A stretch of 64,000 nucleotides of DNA from Octopus bimaculoides (taxonomy: Eukaryota): contig NC_068997.1 of NCBI RefSeq assembly GCF_001194135.2, forward strand, positions 6,438,120 through 6,502,119, read 5' to 3'. How positions within the stretch are numbered: position 1 is the first letter of the stretch; each line of letters starts with the position of its first letter. Shown here one piece after another: positions 13,577 through 28,077 of the stretch. Both the position numbers and the translations under genes were made by a program. The notes beneath the pieces are model-generated. The model saw nothing but the letters and a program-made list of their open reading frames with translations. It did no database searches and was not told the DNA's origin.

Positions 13577-14362
13577 ATAGAAAGCAAAGTTATTTTATTC
13601 CACATGGCTAAAAACCCACAGAAGAAGTATGGATAAACAAAGAAAATACTTTCAAATAAAAGTACAAACCAAGACATAACAAACTTTAACAGAGTACATA
13701 CACAACTATTCACACACAAAACTCATTCTCCACTTAACATGAGGAACCTACACAGCTAACAACCTAAACTTTAACCACTGACCCACATACAAACAACTAC
13801 TGTCCACTCTCTCAACCAGACAAATTAAATTTGGTCTGCTTTGATTATAACTAAAAATGTTCACTCAACCGTGTTGGCTCTCCTTTTCGGTGCAAAACAT
13901 ACTATCACGTGGCACTAACGCATGGCTGTCGTGGGAAATGAACAAAAGTTTATAAACTTAATCATGCCTTCATTCTCTACAGACACTTGACAGAAAACAC
14001 TCAGAGCATTGATTGTTTGGACATGTTCAGTCAACCGTGTCAGCCTTAACTTATGGCACCAAACATTGTCACTTGATACTAACACACGGACATAACGGGG
14101 AACCTACAAAAATTTCTAAGACCAATCATGTAACTATCCACTACCAATCAGATCCTAATCAAAACATATACTAATCTGAGCTATGAGCTCCCTATAAAAA
14201 ATAGGGAAAGCTTCAAGCAATAGTCAGAAGCAAGACAGCTGTGACATAAGCCACATCTTCCTATTTCAACTTTTTGAAAATCAGTGTAAACTGTGAAACC
14301 GGTTAAATATTTCAATAAAACATATTTTAACTATTCTCAGTGTATTTTCAACTTCGATTTTA

Positions 14363-14365
<3 letters not shown>
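13577..14365. mobile_element. TA-flanked family F element, long form (class unresolved, possibly Penelope-related)
   Basis: Both termini match the 7886-8132 element; the C/A-rich interior has no clear ORF. Confidence 0.55.
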
Positions 14366-14405
<40 letters not shown>

Positions 14406-14425
14406 TCATGTGTGTATATATATAT

Positions 14426-15030
14426 TGTGCTTGAGAAGACCCAGCAAGCCAAGTGAGACCATAACCCATGGCCTATGCCAGTAGTGTAAACAGCCCACTT
14501 ATGCATACCTTTCCTTCATTGGACACTAAACTCTGCTTGTGAAGACCTGTTGAGGCAAGTGAAATCGAAATCAAATTCGATGACAGCACCGCATGACTGG
14601 CATCTGTTCCAGAGGAGTGCTAAGAGCACCATCTGAGTGTGGTCGTTGCCAGGGCCGCTGACTGGCTCCCGTGCCGGTGGCATGTAAAGTGCACCATTCA
14701 AGTATAATTGTTACCAGCGTTGCCTTACTGGTACTTATGCTGGTGGCACGTGAAAAACAACATTCAAGCAAGGTCGTTGCCAGTGGTGCTGGACTGGCTC
14801 CTGTGCAGGTGGCACATAAAAACAGTATTCAAGTATGGCTGTTGCCAGTACTGCCTGACTGGCCCTCATGCCAGTGGTACGTAGAAGCACCAACTACACT
14901 CTCGGAGTGGTTGGCGTTAGGAAGGGCATCCAGTTGTAGAAACTCTGCCAGATCAGATTGGAGCCTGGTGTAACCCTCTGGCTCACCAGTCCTCAGTCAA
15001 ACCATCCAACCCATGCCAGCATGATGATGA
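14426..15030 (+). mobile_element. Longest family C copy, with three internal tandem units and a (GAT)n tail
   Basis: Repeated ggtcgttgccag..ctgactggctcc..ggtggcac units; 3' end shared with the other family C copies. Confidence 0.75.
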
Positions 15031-15125
15031 TATATAAATATATATATATGTTTGTATATATAAATATATATATATATCTATATATATATATATATAAACA
15101 ATATGTTTGTGTGTATGTATATGTG

Positions 15126-15449
15126 AAGGTGCATGGCTTAGTGGTTAGCGTATTCAGCTCATGATCGTAAGGTCATGAGTTCAATTCCCAGCGATGCATT
15201 GTGTCCTTGAGCAAGACACTTTATTTCACAGTGCTCCAGTCCACTCAGCTGGCAAAAATGAGTGGTACCTGTATTTCAAGGGCCACCCTTGTCACACTCT
15301 CTATCTCTGTGTCACGTTGAGAAATATGTAAAAAGGAGTACACGTGTCTGTGTAGTGCTCAGTCACTTACACATTAATCTAACGAGCAAGCTGTTTTGTT
15401 GATTGGATCAACTGGGACCCTCATCATCGTAACCGATGGAGTGCTTCCA
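15126..15449 (+). mobile_element. tRNA-derived SINE, family B
   Basis: A box TGGCTTAGTGG and B box GAGTTCAATTCC; the 3' half (ccttgtcacactc...gatcaactgggaccctc..gtaaccgatggagtgc) matches 28320-28485. Confidence 0.8.
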
Positions 15450-15474
15450 TTTATATTTATATATATATACATCA

Positions 15475-16345
15475 CTAGATGTCATCAGAAAGTATCTGGA
15501 CTACATGTTCTGTGGTTGTACAGTTCAATAGAAATGCATGCACAGCTGACAAACACTAGTAGTTGGCCAACTGAGTTAGTCTGTATATAGGCTTTATCCT
15601 CTCTGATTCTGTTCCATTTGTATGTGAGGTTTTGCAATGTAGTTAGAATGGTTCTGCAATCTCTACATTGACTGACAAAATGAAACTATGTCCCTAAATC
15701 AAACTTTTCACGAAGCTCAGCAAATCTGCTAGTGGGACCCTCAAAATGCTTTGTCTGGCTTTTAGCAAATGTTTTTTTGGTTGGGGTCAGGCTGTTGAGT
15801 TCAAAGCCAGCCAAGTCACAGTTCAAAATGATGAGCATTGAAGGTGACCAGTCCCTGGCAAAGTACCAGAAAATGTGAAAAAGGATCGTGAACTCATCAA
15901 TGAGGACCATCACAAGATAATTCCTCAACTCTCTCACATAACTGGAATTACTGAATGTTCACCATGTAAAGCTTGTCTGCTATACTCACCTGACCTATTC
16001 CCTTATGACTTGGCTGGGGTTTTTTTTTTTTTTTTTTTTTTNNNNNNNNNNGGTTTTTTTTTTTTTTTTGTTTTTTACTGAAATGGAATTTAAGCTGAAG
16101 GCCACTTCAAGATACTAGATGAAATTCAAATCAAACTGCTGGAGGTATTGGATGGCCTTCAGGAAGAGGACTTCCATGGTGCTTTTTGAGGTGTGGAAGA
16201 CATGTTAAGATCACTGTTTATGTTCCCAAGAAAACTATTTCAAAAGAGATAGTGTTTGATTGTAAGTATTACATGAAATATATTAACGGGTATACTGATA
16301 TACCATTTTTAGGGGTTTTGCAGTTCTTTCTGACAGCAACTCATA
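15475..16345 (+). mobile_element. Internally deleted mariner (DD34D-type) remnant
   Basis: Translation includes VKKDRELINEDHHKIIPQLSHITGI and the YSPDLFPYD motif (mariner YSPDLAPxD), then a C-terminus-like ..EIQIKLLEVLDGLQEEDF. Degenerate TIRs tcagaaag / ctttctga. Confidence 0.75.
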
Positions 16346-16361
16346 TATATGTGTTATATGA

Positions 16362-16396
<35 letters not shown>

Positions 16397-17600
16397 CATG
16401 CGTGTGTGCTAGACTCAATCATTCTGACTGATATAATACATTTTATCTCTCTGCATATAATTACAAAATCATTCTACATAATATAAAACTTGGCTTCAAC
16501 ATATATTTTGTGATAGATTCTGTTTTCCTATGAAAATTGAGAAGAAAATTGGAAAGTCAATGGTTCATAGTTTGTAATTTCTCTGAAATACATTTATTTA
16601 CAGCAGGAAGTGTTAAGTTTTTTTTATTTTATTGTTTTATAGCATATTTCATTCACCTGCTTTGGATAAATAATTCTGTTGGAAAGAAAGGAACATGTTT
16701 TGTTTTCTTTTGTTATTTTTTTGATTTTTTTTTTGATTTTTTTTTTTTGATTTTTTTTTTTTTACAAATACCTCAGTTTTATAATACATTGATTGATTAA
16801 TGAAAACATTAACATTCTGAAATGGCAAATGTTCTAATGACAAATAACAAAAAGACTGACCTGAATAAAGATACAAATTGATGAATATTGGAGTGAAATA
16901 TTTCAGCAGTGTTATATTTGCTATGTGGTGGGGTGGGGGTAGGGGGAGCCCACATAGATTTGATCAGTGTACTAACTGAAGAGTTAGAAAACTGGCAAGT
17001 TTCAAGCTTGTCATAAGACCCCTCACCACTGATCCTTTATTTATAAGAAATCAAATAAATTATTATTGTTTTTATGATGATCACGATATTTTCAACAGAA
17101 TTAGGTGTCTGCACTGTCAAGTGCACTTCCATATTCTTGAGATGTATTGGCAGCATTGTATTTCCTGGCTAGATTTCTTTTACCTTGTCACAAGTTGGTT
17201 TTGTTGCTTTTGGAGGTTACTTCTAGGGCTTCATGTGCTGGAGCCATACAATCTGAGTTGTTCTGCTGTTGGGTGGTGAATCTGCTTTCTATGTGATTTT
17301 ATAGAGACTGGGTTATGTTAAATGAGGGGCAGATACTGAGTAAAATATTCCTGGGAGGTGGGGTATGGGATAGATGGTCTCATGTGAGATTTTGGTGCTG
17401 TGGGATGGGTTCTAGTATTATTATTGTTGTTGTTGCTGTTGTTGTTATCATCATGATGATCATCATCATCATTATTGTTATTATTTTGTTTTGTATTCAT
17501 CACAGACTGTGTCACTGTCTGAAAACATTGGGCAAGAGAAGTAATGACTGGAATGTCTCAGATATAATATATGTGTGTGTATGAACATGTACATATATAG

Positions 17601-17632
<32 letters not shown>

Positions 17633-17737
17633 GCATATGTGTGTGTGTGTGTGTATATGCATATATATATGTTTGAATTTTTATATATACATATATGTAT
17701 ACATATATGTATATATATATATATGTATGTATATATA

Positions 17738-17772
<35 letters not shown>

Positions 17773-17777
17773 GCATA

Positions 17778-17819
<42 letters not shown>

Positions 17820-18114
17820 CACATATGTATGTACATATGTATGTATTTGTGTACACACACACATACATATATGTAGCAGGAATATTATACCTAGTCCAAG
17901 CACAATAAGCTTTGAACTATCTCAGACTTTGCCATTTATAGTAACAACTACTTTTTTTGCAAATCATAATTGTATCCTTGAGTAGTTTTTGGCATTGGAT
18001 ATAAGGATCTGGGTTCAATTGGTAAACATTCCTGATATATATATATATATATATACATAGATATATATGTGTGTGTGTGTGTGTGTGTGCGTGTGTGTGT
18101 GTGTGTGAGTACAT

Positions 18115-18230
18115 ACTCTTCTATTGGCTTCGGTCGTTCGACTGTGACCATGCTGGAGCACATTTTCAAAGATTTTAGTGAATATGATTGACTCCTAGGA
18201 CTTTCTGGTCCATATTTCATTGACGTCTGT
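18115..18230 (-). mobile_element. Tail-only fragment related to SINE family A
   Basis: Reverse complement gtgctccagcatggtcacagtcgaacgaccgaagcc matches the family A tail. Confidence 0.55.
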
Positions 18231-18434
18231 TGAAAGGCTAAGTCACCATTTTTGACAAGATGCAAGTTAACACTCAGGATTAGTAAATACAAACACACAA
18301 AGAGAAACAGACTAAACAAAACTAAAACATTTAACAAAATACATGAAATAACCTAGTCTTTACTACTTCAACTACTACGAATACCACTACTATTACTATA
18401 CTACCACAACTACTACTACTACTACTACTACTAC

Positions 18435-18465
<31 letters not shown>

Positions 18466-20487
18466 TTAACTTGGGTTTTGGTGGATCTCCTGGAGTCTTG
18501 AACGAGTGGTGGGTTTGCAACCTACAGTTCATTGGTTGTGTTTTTTTTTTGTTTTTTTTCTCAACTCTCTAATACTTTCCTGATGATTCTGGCTATGCTA
18601 AGGAGGCAAACTTTTTGCAACAGCTCTACTCTGATTTCCTATTACTATTATTATTATTATTATTATTATCACATAGCAGAGGCAGTAACGATAGCAACTG
18701 CAGCATCAACAGTAGCAATGAGAATCTGACAGCAGCAGCAGCAGTAATGAAAATAATACAATTCTGGAAACGACAAACAGGAAAATCCAGTTTGCTTAAG
18801 TTGTCTTTGACTGAATTTGACTTGAAGACTGATGGCTGCAAAGAGGAACAGCATCATTTTCCAGGCATCAATTTAAAGTGTAACTCAATTAGCAGCAGTG
18901 TGAGTATCTGACTGTCACGTGAAGTAGAAAAAAAAATGGTACCAATTACTGCCTCTTCAAAAACTAAGAAAAATCAATTTATCATTCAAGTAATGTGGGA
19001 TTAGCTAATGCTGGACAGGATGTTTTTCCTGCTGAAACAAATGCAGTATATACACATCAAATATGCATTGCTTCCACTTCTTACAACAATAAATTCTCTT
19101 GTATGTAGTGTACCTAATTAGAATTACATGGAGTTGGCCCAAAAGAGTAAAGTACCTTGACCACAGTCACAATGTCATGTTAGTTCAAGTATATGAACCA
19201 ATGACCTTTTAGTAGATTGTTCAGGATTTTATTGACACGGTCATGCATATGCTCACACAGTGATAGAGAAAATGCTAAAAGATATAATGTATAACAGTAG
19301 AACAGTATGACATTATCTTTTTGGAAAAAAGACTCTTTCAATGTTTTCTTGCTTTCCCTAGTTTGTTATTATGCTGCAAATATTCGATGCCAATTAGATT
19401 AAAGTTTTGCAGTAATACAAAGTGACTGTAACTCTCTTTCATAGTCTGAACGTAACTTTAAAAACTGCTCAAAAAGTTAATATTTTTTTTCTTAATAACT
19501 AATAGTGTGTTTAATATTAGAGAATTTTCAAAAGCAAAAACGATGTTTATTAAACTTGCTGTCCATCCTATGAGATGAATGGTAAGCTGATTTTTTGAGA
19601 TGGCAGCAGCAAGCACATAACAACTACACAAAAATGTTAGTCTAATATCTCATTGTTTGTTATTGCAAACTGAAGGAGGCAGTAAGGACATCTCGTAAAG
19701 ACTCCTTTGAAATATATTTTTTCTAAAGATGTTTTGTACATCTGGATTCATTTGGGTTAGTTTGAAGTTTCATCCAAGTTAGAATTAGTCCGGAGAGTAT
19801 GTTATTTTTCAAGAGTTAATGATAAAATAATGTAGATTTTAGATTTATCACATAGACATTCCTATCAAGAAGAATAGATAAAAGAGATCTAAGTCTGGTG
19901 TTGTCAGTTGAAGTTAGTCTGTCCCAACCATTTCATGACTACAAGCGGGACAAAAATCAACAAAAGCACCAAAATTATAAAAGTAGTAAACAAAGAGGTA
20001 AGCATCACATAAACAACATTAAAACACATTCAATGCATGACAACTCATTTCTCACATAGGCACAAGGTCTCAGATTTATAAAAGTAATTATATATGTTCA
20101 TATGCAATTCTCAGGCCTATTTTTTTTATTGATTTGAAGTTACTAGCATCCTAAAAACAAAAAGAAACTATATTAAAAGACTTTAAAAGTTATTCTACTT
20201 AATGTTAAAGATATATTTTACTTAACACAGATCAAGATTATGAAATAATATAGCAAAATTCTTGTATACCAAGCTAAAAGAAATCCACATTAATACTTTA
20301 TACAGTTTGTAATTAATTAGTTTTAGATCTATGTTACCGTATTCTTGTGTTCAATTTTTGCATCCCTCTGAAATCAGAAATCTTCTGCAACATGATGACA
20401 AACTGCTGAATGTCAAAGAAGCGATGACTTACAGGTGATTATTTGAACACTTTCACTTCTTTGGTGAGTGACTGAAGGAAAGTTTTT

Positions 20488-20882
20488 TAGTCTCTCTTTA
20501 CTTGTTTCAGTCATTTGACTGCGGCCATGCTGGAGCACCACCTTTAGTCGAGCAAATCGACCCCAGGACTTATTCTTTGGATGCCTAGTACTTATTCTAT
20601 CGGTCTCTTTTTGCCGAACCGCTAAGTTACGGGAACCTAAACACACCAGCATCGGTTGTCAAGCGATGTTGGGGGGACAAACACAGACACACAAATACAC
20701 ATACATATATATATATACATATATACGACAAGCTTCTTTCAGTTTCCGTCTACCAAATCCACTCACAAGGCTTTGGTCGGCCCGAGGCTATAGTAGAAGA
20801 CACTTACCCAGGGTGCCACGCAGTGGGAATGAACCTGGAACCATGTGGTTGGTAAGCAAGCTACTTACCACACAGCCACTCG
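20488..20882 (-). mobile_element. tRNA-derived SINE, family A, full length
   Basis: Near-identical to 3881-4388, including the head A/B boxes and tail. Confidence 0.88.
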
Positions 20883-21125
20883 TTGAATTTTACTTTCAAA
20901 GTATAAATAATTTCTTTTATCATGCGTATACATATGATCACAAGTATATCAATTAGACATATACTTCTTATATACACATACATACATACATATATAAATA
21001 TGTATATATACATACATACATACACACACATATAAATATACATATACACATATATACTAGAATATATATCTCTGTGTGAATGTGTGTATGCGTACTATAT
21101 AATCATAGATATATGCATGTATGTA

Positions 21126-21232
21126 TGTCTTTATTCAGTTTTATTTCAAGATTTCTTGCCAATAGAAAAAGAGCTGGTTTCTAACCTAGATCCAAGGCTC
21201 TTTCATTGGAATTTCAACATCAACAACTGGGT
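21126..21232 (-). mobile_element. Solo 3'-terminal module of the (CATA)n-ended R4-clade family
   Basis: Reverse complement matches 52335-52440 and 55745-55850; flanked by (TATG)n on both sides. Confidence 0.75.
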
Positions 21233-24200
21233 ATGTATGTATGTATGTGTGTATATTCATAACACAATAATTTCTCTCTCCACATACATTTTTATACAAA
21301 TAAATTTTTATATTTACATATCAATAAACTTCCATTCAGAAAGAAAGGATAAGAAAACGATAATTGTACAGTTATTGTTAAGGGCTTGTGGATTTTATAT
21401 ATCAACAGAAGATGAATTTGTCAGTTTTTCTCTAACTTCATTGCTATTTACCTTACAAAAAAAAAAAAAAAAAAAAAAAAAAAGAAATACTGTCTAAACA
21501 ATTGCTTGCAGCTAAAATTTTAGTACAATCTCAACAATTGGCAGAATAGGATACTGAGAATAGAAACCGAATTTTGTTCCTATTTTCTTATTCTGCCCAG
21601 TGAACAATTTTAAATTTGGAATCAGGGCATATTTGGCTTAGTATCCAGTTATCTTATGTTATCAAAGTATTTATCTTTACAAAAAAAAATACAAAAAAAA
21701 CTCTTGCCCTAGCTCTAAACTTTATCTTGCCAGTACAACTTTACACCAAAATTTCAAATTCTAGAATGGACTCACTGGTTCTAATGAATTGGTTAAAGTT
21801 GAGAACATGTAGGAGACATCTCAAGTGTAATTTTTCTTAACCTTAAAACATTTAGAGTTAACTGACCCTATACAACATCTAGATGTAAATACCCTTTCAG
21901 ATGTTCAACAAATCTTTAACAGCAGTATATGAGCCCTATCAAGGGTTTTTATTTTTGTAATTAAGGTGAAAACTATTATCTAGTATTATAGCTGAAAAGT
22001 TGAAGACATTTTCATGTTTTTAGTCAACAAATTGAAGACTCAAATACTCTATGCTATTCACAGAACTAAGTTGAGATTTAAAATAGTAATTTTCTAAGTG
22101 AAAATACATGAACAGAAAGGAAATTACAGATCTGCTCGATTGCAAGAAAGCTTGATCACAATAAACTGTGATCTAATTGTCATTTACATTTTTCTTTTTT
22201 TTGTCTGTGTTCAGAATAGAAGAAAAATCTATCCTCCTGGCTGGACCACATTTGGCACAAATGTAAGCAAAAGACAAGTTGGAATAATATAAGCAAAAGA
22301 TAAAGTATACCTTGTATGAAACAATTATCAAGTTAGAAAGCACCTCGATATATATATATATATATATAAATACATGCATGTATATATGCATAAATGTGTA
22401 TGTATGTGCATATATGTATGTATGAAGGTTGTATGTATGGAAGTATATATGTATAAGTAGGTGTAGATGCATGGGTATGTGTATAGGGATATTTTTCATT
22501 TTTTTTTTTTTATACTTTTAATCTGCATATTAGTCCTTGATATTGTTAATTACAAATGGGAGAAACAACTGAGGCTTCCTATGTAGCCTGAAAGTGTGTT
22601 AAGTTCCATCCCAGCTAAGAGAAATAGGAAGTGTATAGCCATTTCTTGATATTTAAGGGGTTAGGTTGTAAATATTATTAGAAATGGAAAAGCCCTGAGG
22701 AGGAAAATCAGCATTGTATTATTGTAGAGGACGTAGTAAAGTAATTCACAATTCATATTGGAATTTGGTTTAAAAAAAAAACAACAAAAACAGTAACTTG
22801 GTTGTTCTGGTCAACCTGGCAGATATGGTAATGATTTTGACTTAAATGTTATGAAGATAGAATTTGTGAAGGGATCGGTTAGTCTGGCAGTATAAGTTTA
22901 TAAAATTTTATTTCATCAGAAAAGTGACGTTTTTTTTTTAGAGTTTTACTTTTGTGTTAGAATAAGCATATGACCTTGAAAATCTTCTAAGAGATGTTGA
23001 ACAGTTTCACCATTTGACTTGGTGATTAACTAATTATACATTATTTAACTGACCAAATTAGCCTAGAGTTTAGTGGTCAACCAAAATAAATTAACTAAGG
23101 ATCAGATCAGTTAAATTATTGTCAAAAACATTCTACATTTGAATTGAAAAACCATTTATCGGATAGAGTAAGTAAAAAAGGATGTACTAGTCAGAATTAA
23201 AAATCAAAATTATAAAGAAAACCAGAGCTAATGCCATAACAAAAAATGGAATTTCATAAATAGTTGCTTTTCCTTTTACCTTTGGTATTTTAACCAAATA
23301 TTTTGCAGCTGAATGATCATTCAGTTCATTCAGAATAATATTACAGAATTAAGAAAACTTGGTGTGTTACAGGATGGCATTGGTTTATTGGAGTGAATAC
23401 TCCAATATTGTATTTTATTGTGTTTTGTATAATTTTCCTTTTACTGTTCGACATGATTATGCACAATCATGCCATTGTTAATGTGTGTGTGTGTGTGTGT
23501 AAGTGTGAGTGTGTGTACAAGTGTAAAATTGTGTGAAAGTAGTGTTTTTGGTTTTTTTTTTAATCCATAAAGCTAATGTGAAGAATTGTGTTAATAAATG
23601 CTGCATTGGCAATCACCAGATTTTCTGATATAAAAAAAAGACCAATACAGTCACTTAGCCATAGGTCTGATAGCATGGCCATGAGGTTTGTATGCATGAT
23701 ATCCTCTATCTAAACATTGTCAATATGAAGCACAATGGGTGCATTAGCTTAGTATTATTTCTTTGAAAATTTCTTTTAAGAATTTGTTTTAAGCATATGT
23801 TGCCTTAATTGTGTAACACTTAATGTCTTAGTACTGCTAAGTTATTTAGCAGTTAGGAATTTTATTTGAAAGATAAATCATTTGTTTCCTAATCAGATTG
23901 AAATGATTTCACAGAAGAATTCATTTGAGCATGTTTACTACATGCATTGCCAAACATCAACTGCTGGTTTTGATGTGACGGGTGAATGGTTGCCAAAATG
24001 GTTTTAAAATGGAAACTAATTTCTATGTTGTTTCTTGAAAAGAGAACATTAACAGTTTCAACTTTAGCATGAGTGATGTTTCTTTGATTGGTGAAGATTA
24101 ACACCAATAGATACGAGTTAAGTGTAATTATCAAGCCAACGGGTTATAGGAAGGACATCTTATCGCAATTTTGTAATTAAAAACCAACAGCAACGAGGGT

Positions 24201-25765
24201 GGGGATGGGGGGGGGTATAAGAAAAGTGTTGCTGAAAGTTATAAACTATAGGAGCTGAATAAACAATGAAATAATTCATAAATGGTTTTGCAGAAGTACT
24301 ACTTCAGCATTGAGTAATGGATTTTTCCAGTCGATGGAATTTTATTCACACAGTAAACTTTTATGCAAACGTAATGATAACAAGGGTAAGCTGGCCAAAC
24401 AAATCTTGGCTAGAATTCTTCAGGTAATGAAAAAATTGTTTCCCCAGCAAAATACTTCATTTAATTTGTGTTTTGAAATAAATCTAAAATGAATTTGGAA
24501 GATGAAAATTGTCCACTAGTATAGTTTCATAATTATAGATTTGTTGTGGACTATGAAACTATACCACAGCATAAAAGATAAGGAAGATTGCACTTCAGTC
24601 TGTCATGGTTCATATCAGCTAGAAATATCAACAAAGAAATATTATTATTTATTTTATTATTACGAAAATATTCATTTCTCGTTGTTCCCGTGCAACCATA
24701 ACCAAATTGTAAAATAATAAAGAGTTGAAAACTATGTATTATGTTCTCGCTACACAAAGATATGTAATACAGCAAGTAATATTACCTTGTTGATCTTCTA
24801 AGAGAAGAAAAGAATAATTAAATGCTACATCATAAAATGATAGCTTTTGGTGACTGTTTAAAAAAGGTAAGCACATCTGAATCTGTAAGTTCTTTTTTTT
24901 TTTTTTTTTTCACTATCTCTGGATTAATTTTCATTCAGTAAGTGAATAATTTCTGAATTATTTTACTAGTGATAGTGATTAAAACTTAATATTTCACATT
25001 ACTTTGTTAATATATTAATTAGATTGTCTTAGATATTAATTGAGAAGGTGATGTATAAAAGAAATTTTGTTCATTTATTTTTATAATTTGCATTGATTAA
25101 AATACTCTGAAAGTGAGGTTTTTATAACAAAGAAATACTCTGGGTGGAAGTCTAAACAGTTCTAATGCTTTTCATTGTCTTTTTGATAAAGAATAGTGGA
25201 AAACTACTTTAATGTCTATTCTAAGACTTTCTCTTAGATTAATAAAATAAATATCAATAATCTAGTCCCTTTGTTTAATTTAGTATGACAGGTTCAATAA
25301 CTAGAAAAGTGTCTTTAATTAACATCAAGTCTATATTAATTTTTAAATTAGCATCTTAAATTAAATCTACCTAAAAACCGGCATGAAGAGAAACAACGGG
25401 TTTCTATGAAGTGATTACAATGAAATTTCAATCCAGTGAATTCTATGTCAATGAATCAAAAACTAAAGTTCATTTATGTTTAGTAAATTTGTTGCTGAAA
25501 GAGCATTGTTTAGTTTTAGTGCAATTAGATGCCATCTTGATTGACGGTCAGCCAATAATGATTAAATGTCACCTCTATTTTCTCATTCACTGATTTCACT
25601 TATTCATTTTTGTCTTCTCTTTCATTATCTTCTGATCAATTTTCATACTCCCCCTTCTCTTTCTCCAACACTCCCTCTCTCAACACACTCCCCCCCCCTC
25701 TCTCACACACACACATACACGTGCATACACACTTACACACCGCTCACCTTGGCAGTTAGATGTCT

Positions 25766-26037
25766 TCAAGAGTTGACAAAGGGCAGTTTTCTATAATATT
25801 CCAGATCTAATTTAAGTGGAGATCTTACTCTGTGAAAATACCATTCCTCCATACAGTTTAATGCAACTGGCTGCAAATTGAAATAAAATTTGTTCACAAA
25901 CAGTTGTTTCTTCTGTATAAGATGAGGGATATCACCAACTCCAAAAACGCAGATGCTCCGAACCCAGATTCCAGAACAAGGTGCTAGTCCTTTCCAAATG
26001 GCATAAGTTGCCAACCATGGCTTTTTATCAGGATCTC
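25766..26037 (-). CDS. Final coding exon of core-2/I-branching beta-1,6-N-acetylglucosaminyltransferase (GT14)
   Basis: Reads (G)DPDKKPWLATYAIW..CSGIWVRSICVFGVGD....KQLFVNKF....ALNCMEE, the canonical GCNT C-terminal C-x-G-x-x-VR-x-x-C-(V/I)-(F/Y)-G-x-GD and LFANKF motifs. Acceptor ttattgctttttag ends at 26038 (phase 1), matching the upstream donor. Confidence 0.93.
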
Positions 26038-26324
26038 CTAAAAGCAATAAATTCAAGAAACATGAACAATTTTAGAGTATTGAATTATAACAATATGAAT
26101 GTAATAGAACATTAAACAATATGTCAGACATGGTTTGTGGAATTTAGTTAAATCCATAAATCTGATCATAACATACAATTCATGAAAGCTATGTGTAAAG
26201 TTGATAGCTTACCAGCCTATCAGCAGAGAGGATGTCAGTTCAAATTTCATTAATGATGGTGTGTTGTGTGTCAGGCATAGAAACTTAATATTCAATGATA
26301 CAGTCTCTCACATATATAAGTAGA

Positions 26325-27272
26325 CTAGCAGTATAGCCCGGCGCTGCCCGGGATTAAGCTAGGATTATTAAGTGATCAAGTGCTTTACTTTAAACCAAAA
26401 TAAGTAACATCGACATCAGATTTGAGCAAAATCCATTGAAATTGGTTTGGCTGAAAATCGTTTGCTGGCAATTTGATTGGGAAATCCCATAAGGAATCAG
26501 TTTATTGGTTATTTCCACTCATTGACTGTTTTTTTTAAAGTTGCATTAGAGATCTGCATAGGAGAAGGTTGATCTGAAGGTTTGCATTNNNNNNNNNNNN
26601 NNNNNNNNNNNNNNNNNNNNNNNNNNNNNNNNNNNNNNNNNNNNNNNNNNNNNNNNNNNNNNNNNNNNNNNNNNNNNNNNNNNNNNNNNNNNNNNNNNNN
26701 NNNNNNNNNNNNNNNNNNNNNNNNNNNNNNNNNNNNNNNNNNNNNNNNNNNNNNNNNNNNNNNNNNNNNNNNNNNNNNNNNNNNNNNNNNNNNNNNNNNN
26801 NNNNNNNNNNNNNNNNNNNNNNNNNNNNNNNNNNNNNNNNNNNNNNNNNNNNNNNNNNNNNNNNNNNNNNNNNNNNNNNNNNNNNNNNNNNNNNNNNNNN
26901 NNNNNNNNNNNNNNNNNNNNNNNNNNNNNNNNNNNNNNNNNNNNNNNNNNNNNNNNNNNNNNNNNNNNNNNNNNNNNNNNNNNNNNNNNNNNNNNNNNNN
27001 NNNNNNNNNNNNNNNNNNNNNNNNNNNNNNNNNNNNNNNNNNNNNNNNNNNNNNNNNNNNNNNNNNNNNNNNNNNNNNNNNNNNNNNNNNNNNNNNNNNN
27101 NNNNNNNNNNNNNNNNNNNNNNNNNNNNNNNNNNNNNNNNNNNNNNNNNNNNNNNNNNNNNNNNNNNNNNNNNNNNNNTTTCCCACTTTTTCATTTTTTT
27201 TTTGTTAGACGCTAGCAAACACTCTGTATTTCCCCCCTGTCACAAACACACTATTTCTGTCTGTCTGTCTCA

Positions 27273-27313
<41 letters not shown>

Positions 27314-27554
27314 CTCTCTCTCTCTCCTTCGCGCGCGTACGCGCAGATTTGACTTCGCCATGTCAACAAACTTCAAAATTGTTGAAAGTTTATCGATTTT
27401 TACAGCTATACGAGGGTGCCTCTGAGAGAAAAAGTTGACAAAAATGCAGATAGGGTTATGACGAATCTCCTCCTAAAATTGGAGCAACATGCGTGCTAAT
27501 TTGTGGACGTGCATAAAGTACATTCACACACACACATCTTCTCTTATATATACA
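26325..27554 (-). mobile_element. Non-autonomous Helitron-like element (contains a gap)
   Basis: On the minus strand, hairpin cccgg-gcagcg-ccggg precedes terminal CTAG followed by T. The other end resembles (T)CTATATATAA. Both terminal regions are shared with 33676-34910. Confidence 0.65.
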
Positions 27555-28077
27555 TACGGATACTGTGAGGAGGCATGGTTCACTACTGAAAGTTTTGAGT
27601 ATTATTGATGAACTTTTCTTTGGTGAATTGTTTTAAACCCTCGAAAAGAAAGTAAATGTATTAGCTGTTGTTTAACCCAATGCATGGGTAACTGCTGGCC
27701 TTCCATAAACAACTTTGCCTGGACTTTCTAGGTGCAATTCCATAGTCATTCATGACCAAAGAGGGTCTTGACCCTTTTTACCCCCAAATCAAACAAACCT
27801 ATAAGGCATTCTAGCCATGACCATTTCAATTTTTTATGAGTAGATAGGACAATATCATCTGATGTGTCCTGTCCTTAGATAAAACAGTAGTGTATTACCT
27901 AGGGGAGATATTGTTGCTATTTCTAGTAAATTGAGTGATCACATTAGCTCAAACTTTTTCAACTCTTACTGGAAATTAACTGTTGATGTTGTCTTTTTTT
28001 TTGCTGCTGTTGTTGGTTAGCTTTAGGTCAACCCTGATTGAGAATGGCTATTATATATCTGGGACTACATTGTTTAA

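Noticed and set aside
18615-18911. 98-aa ORF ending near a gtgagt donor-like site
   Set aside because: It begins in a (TAT)n repeat and has no recognisable domain or good acceptor.
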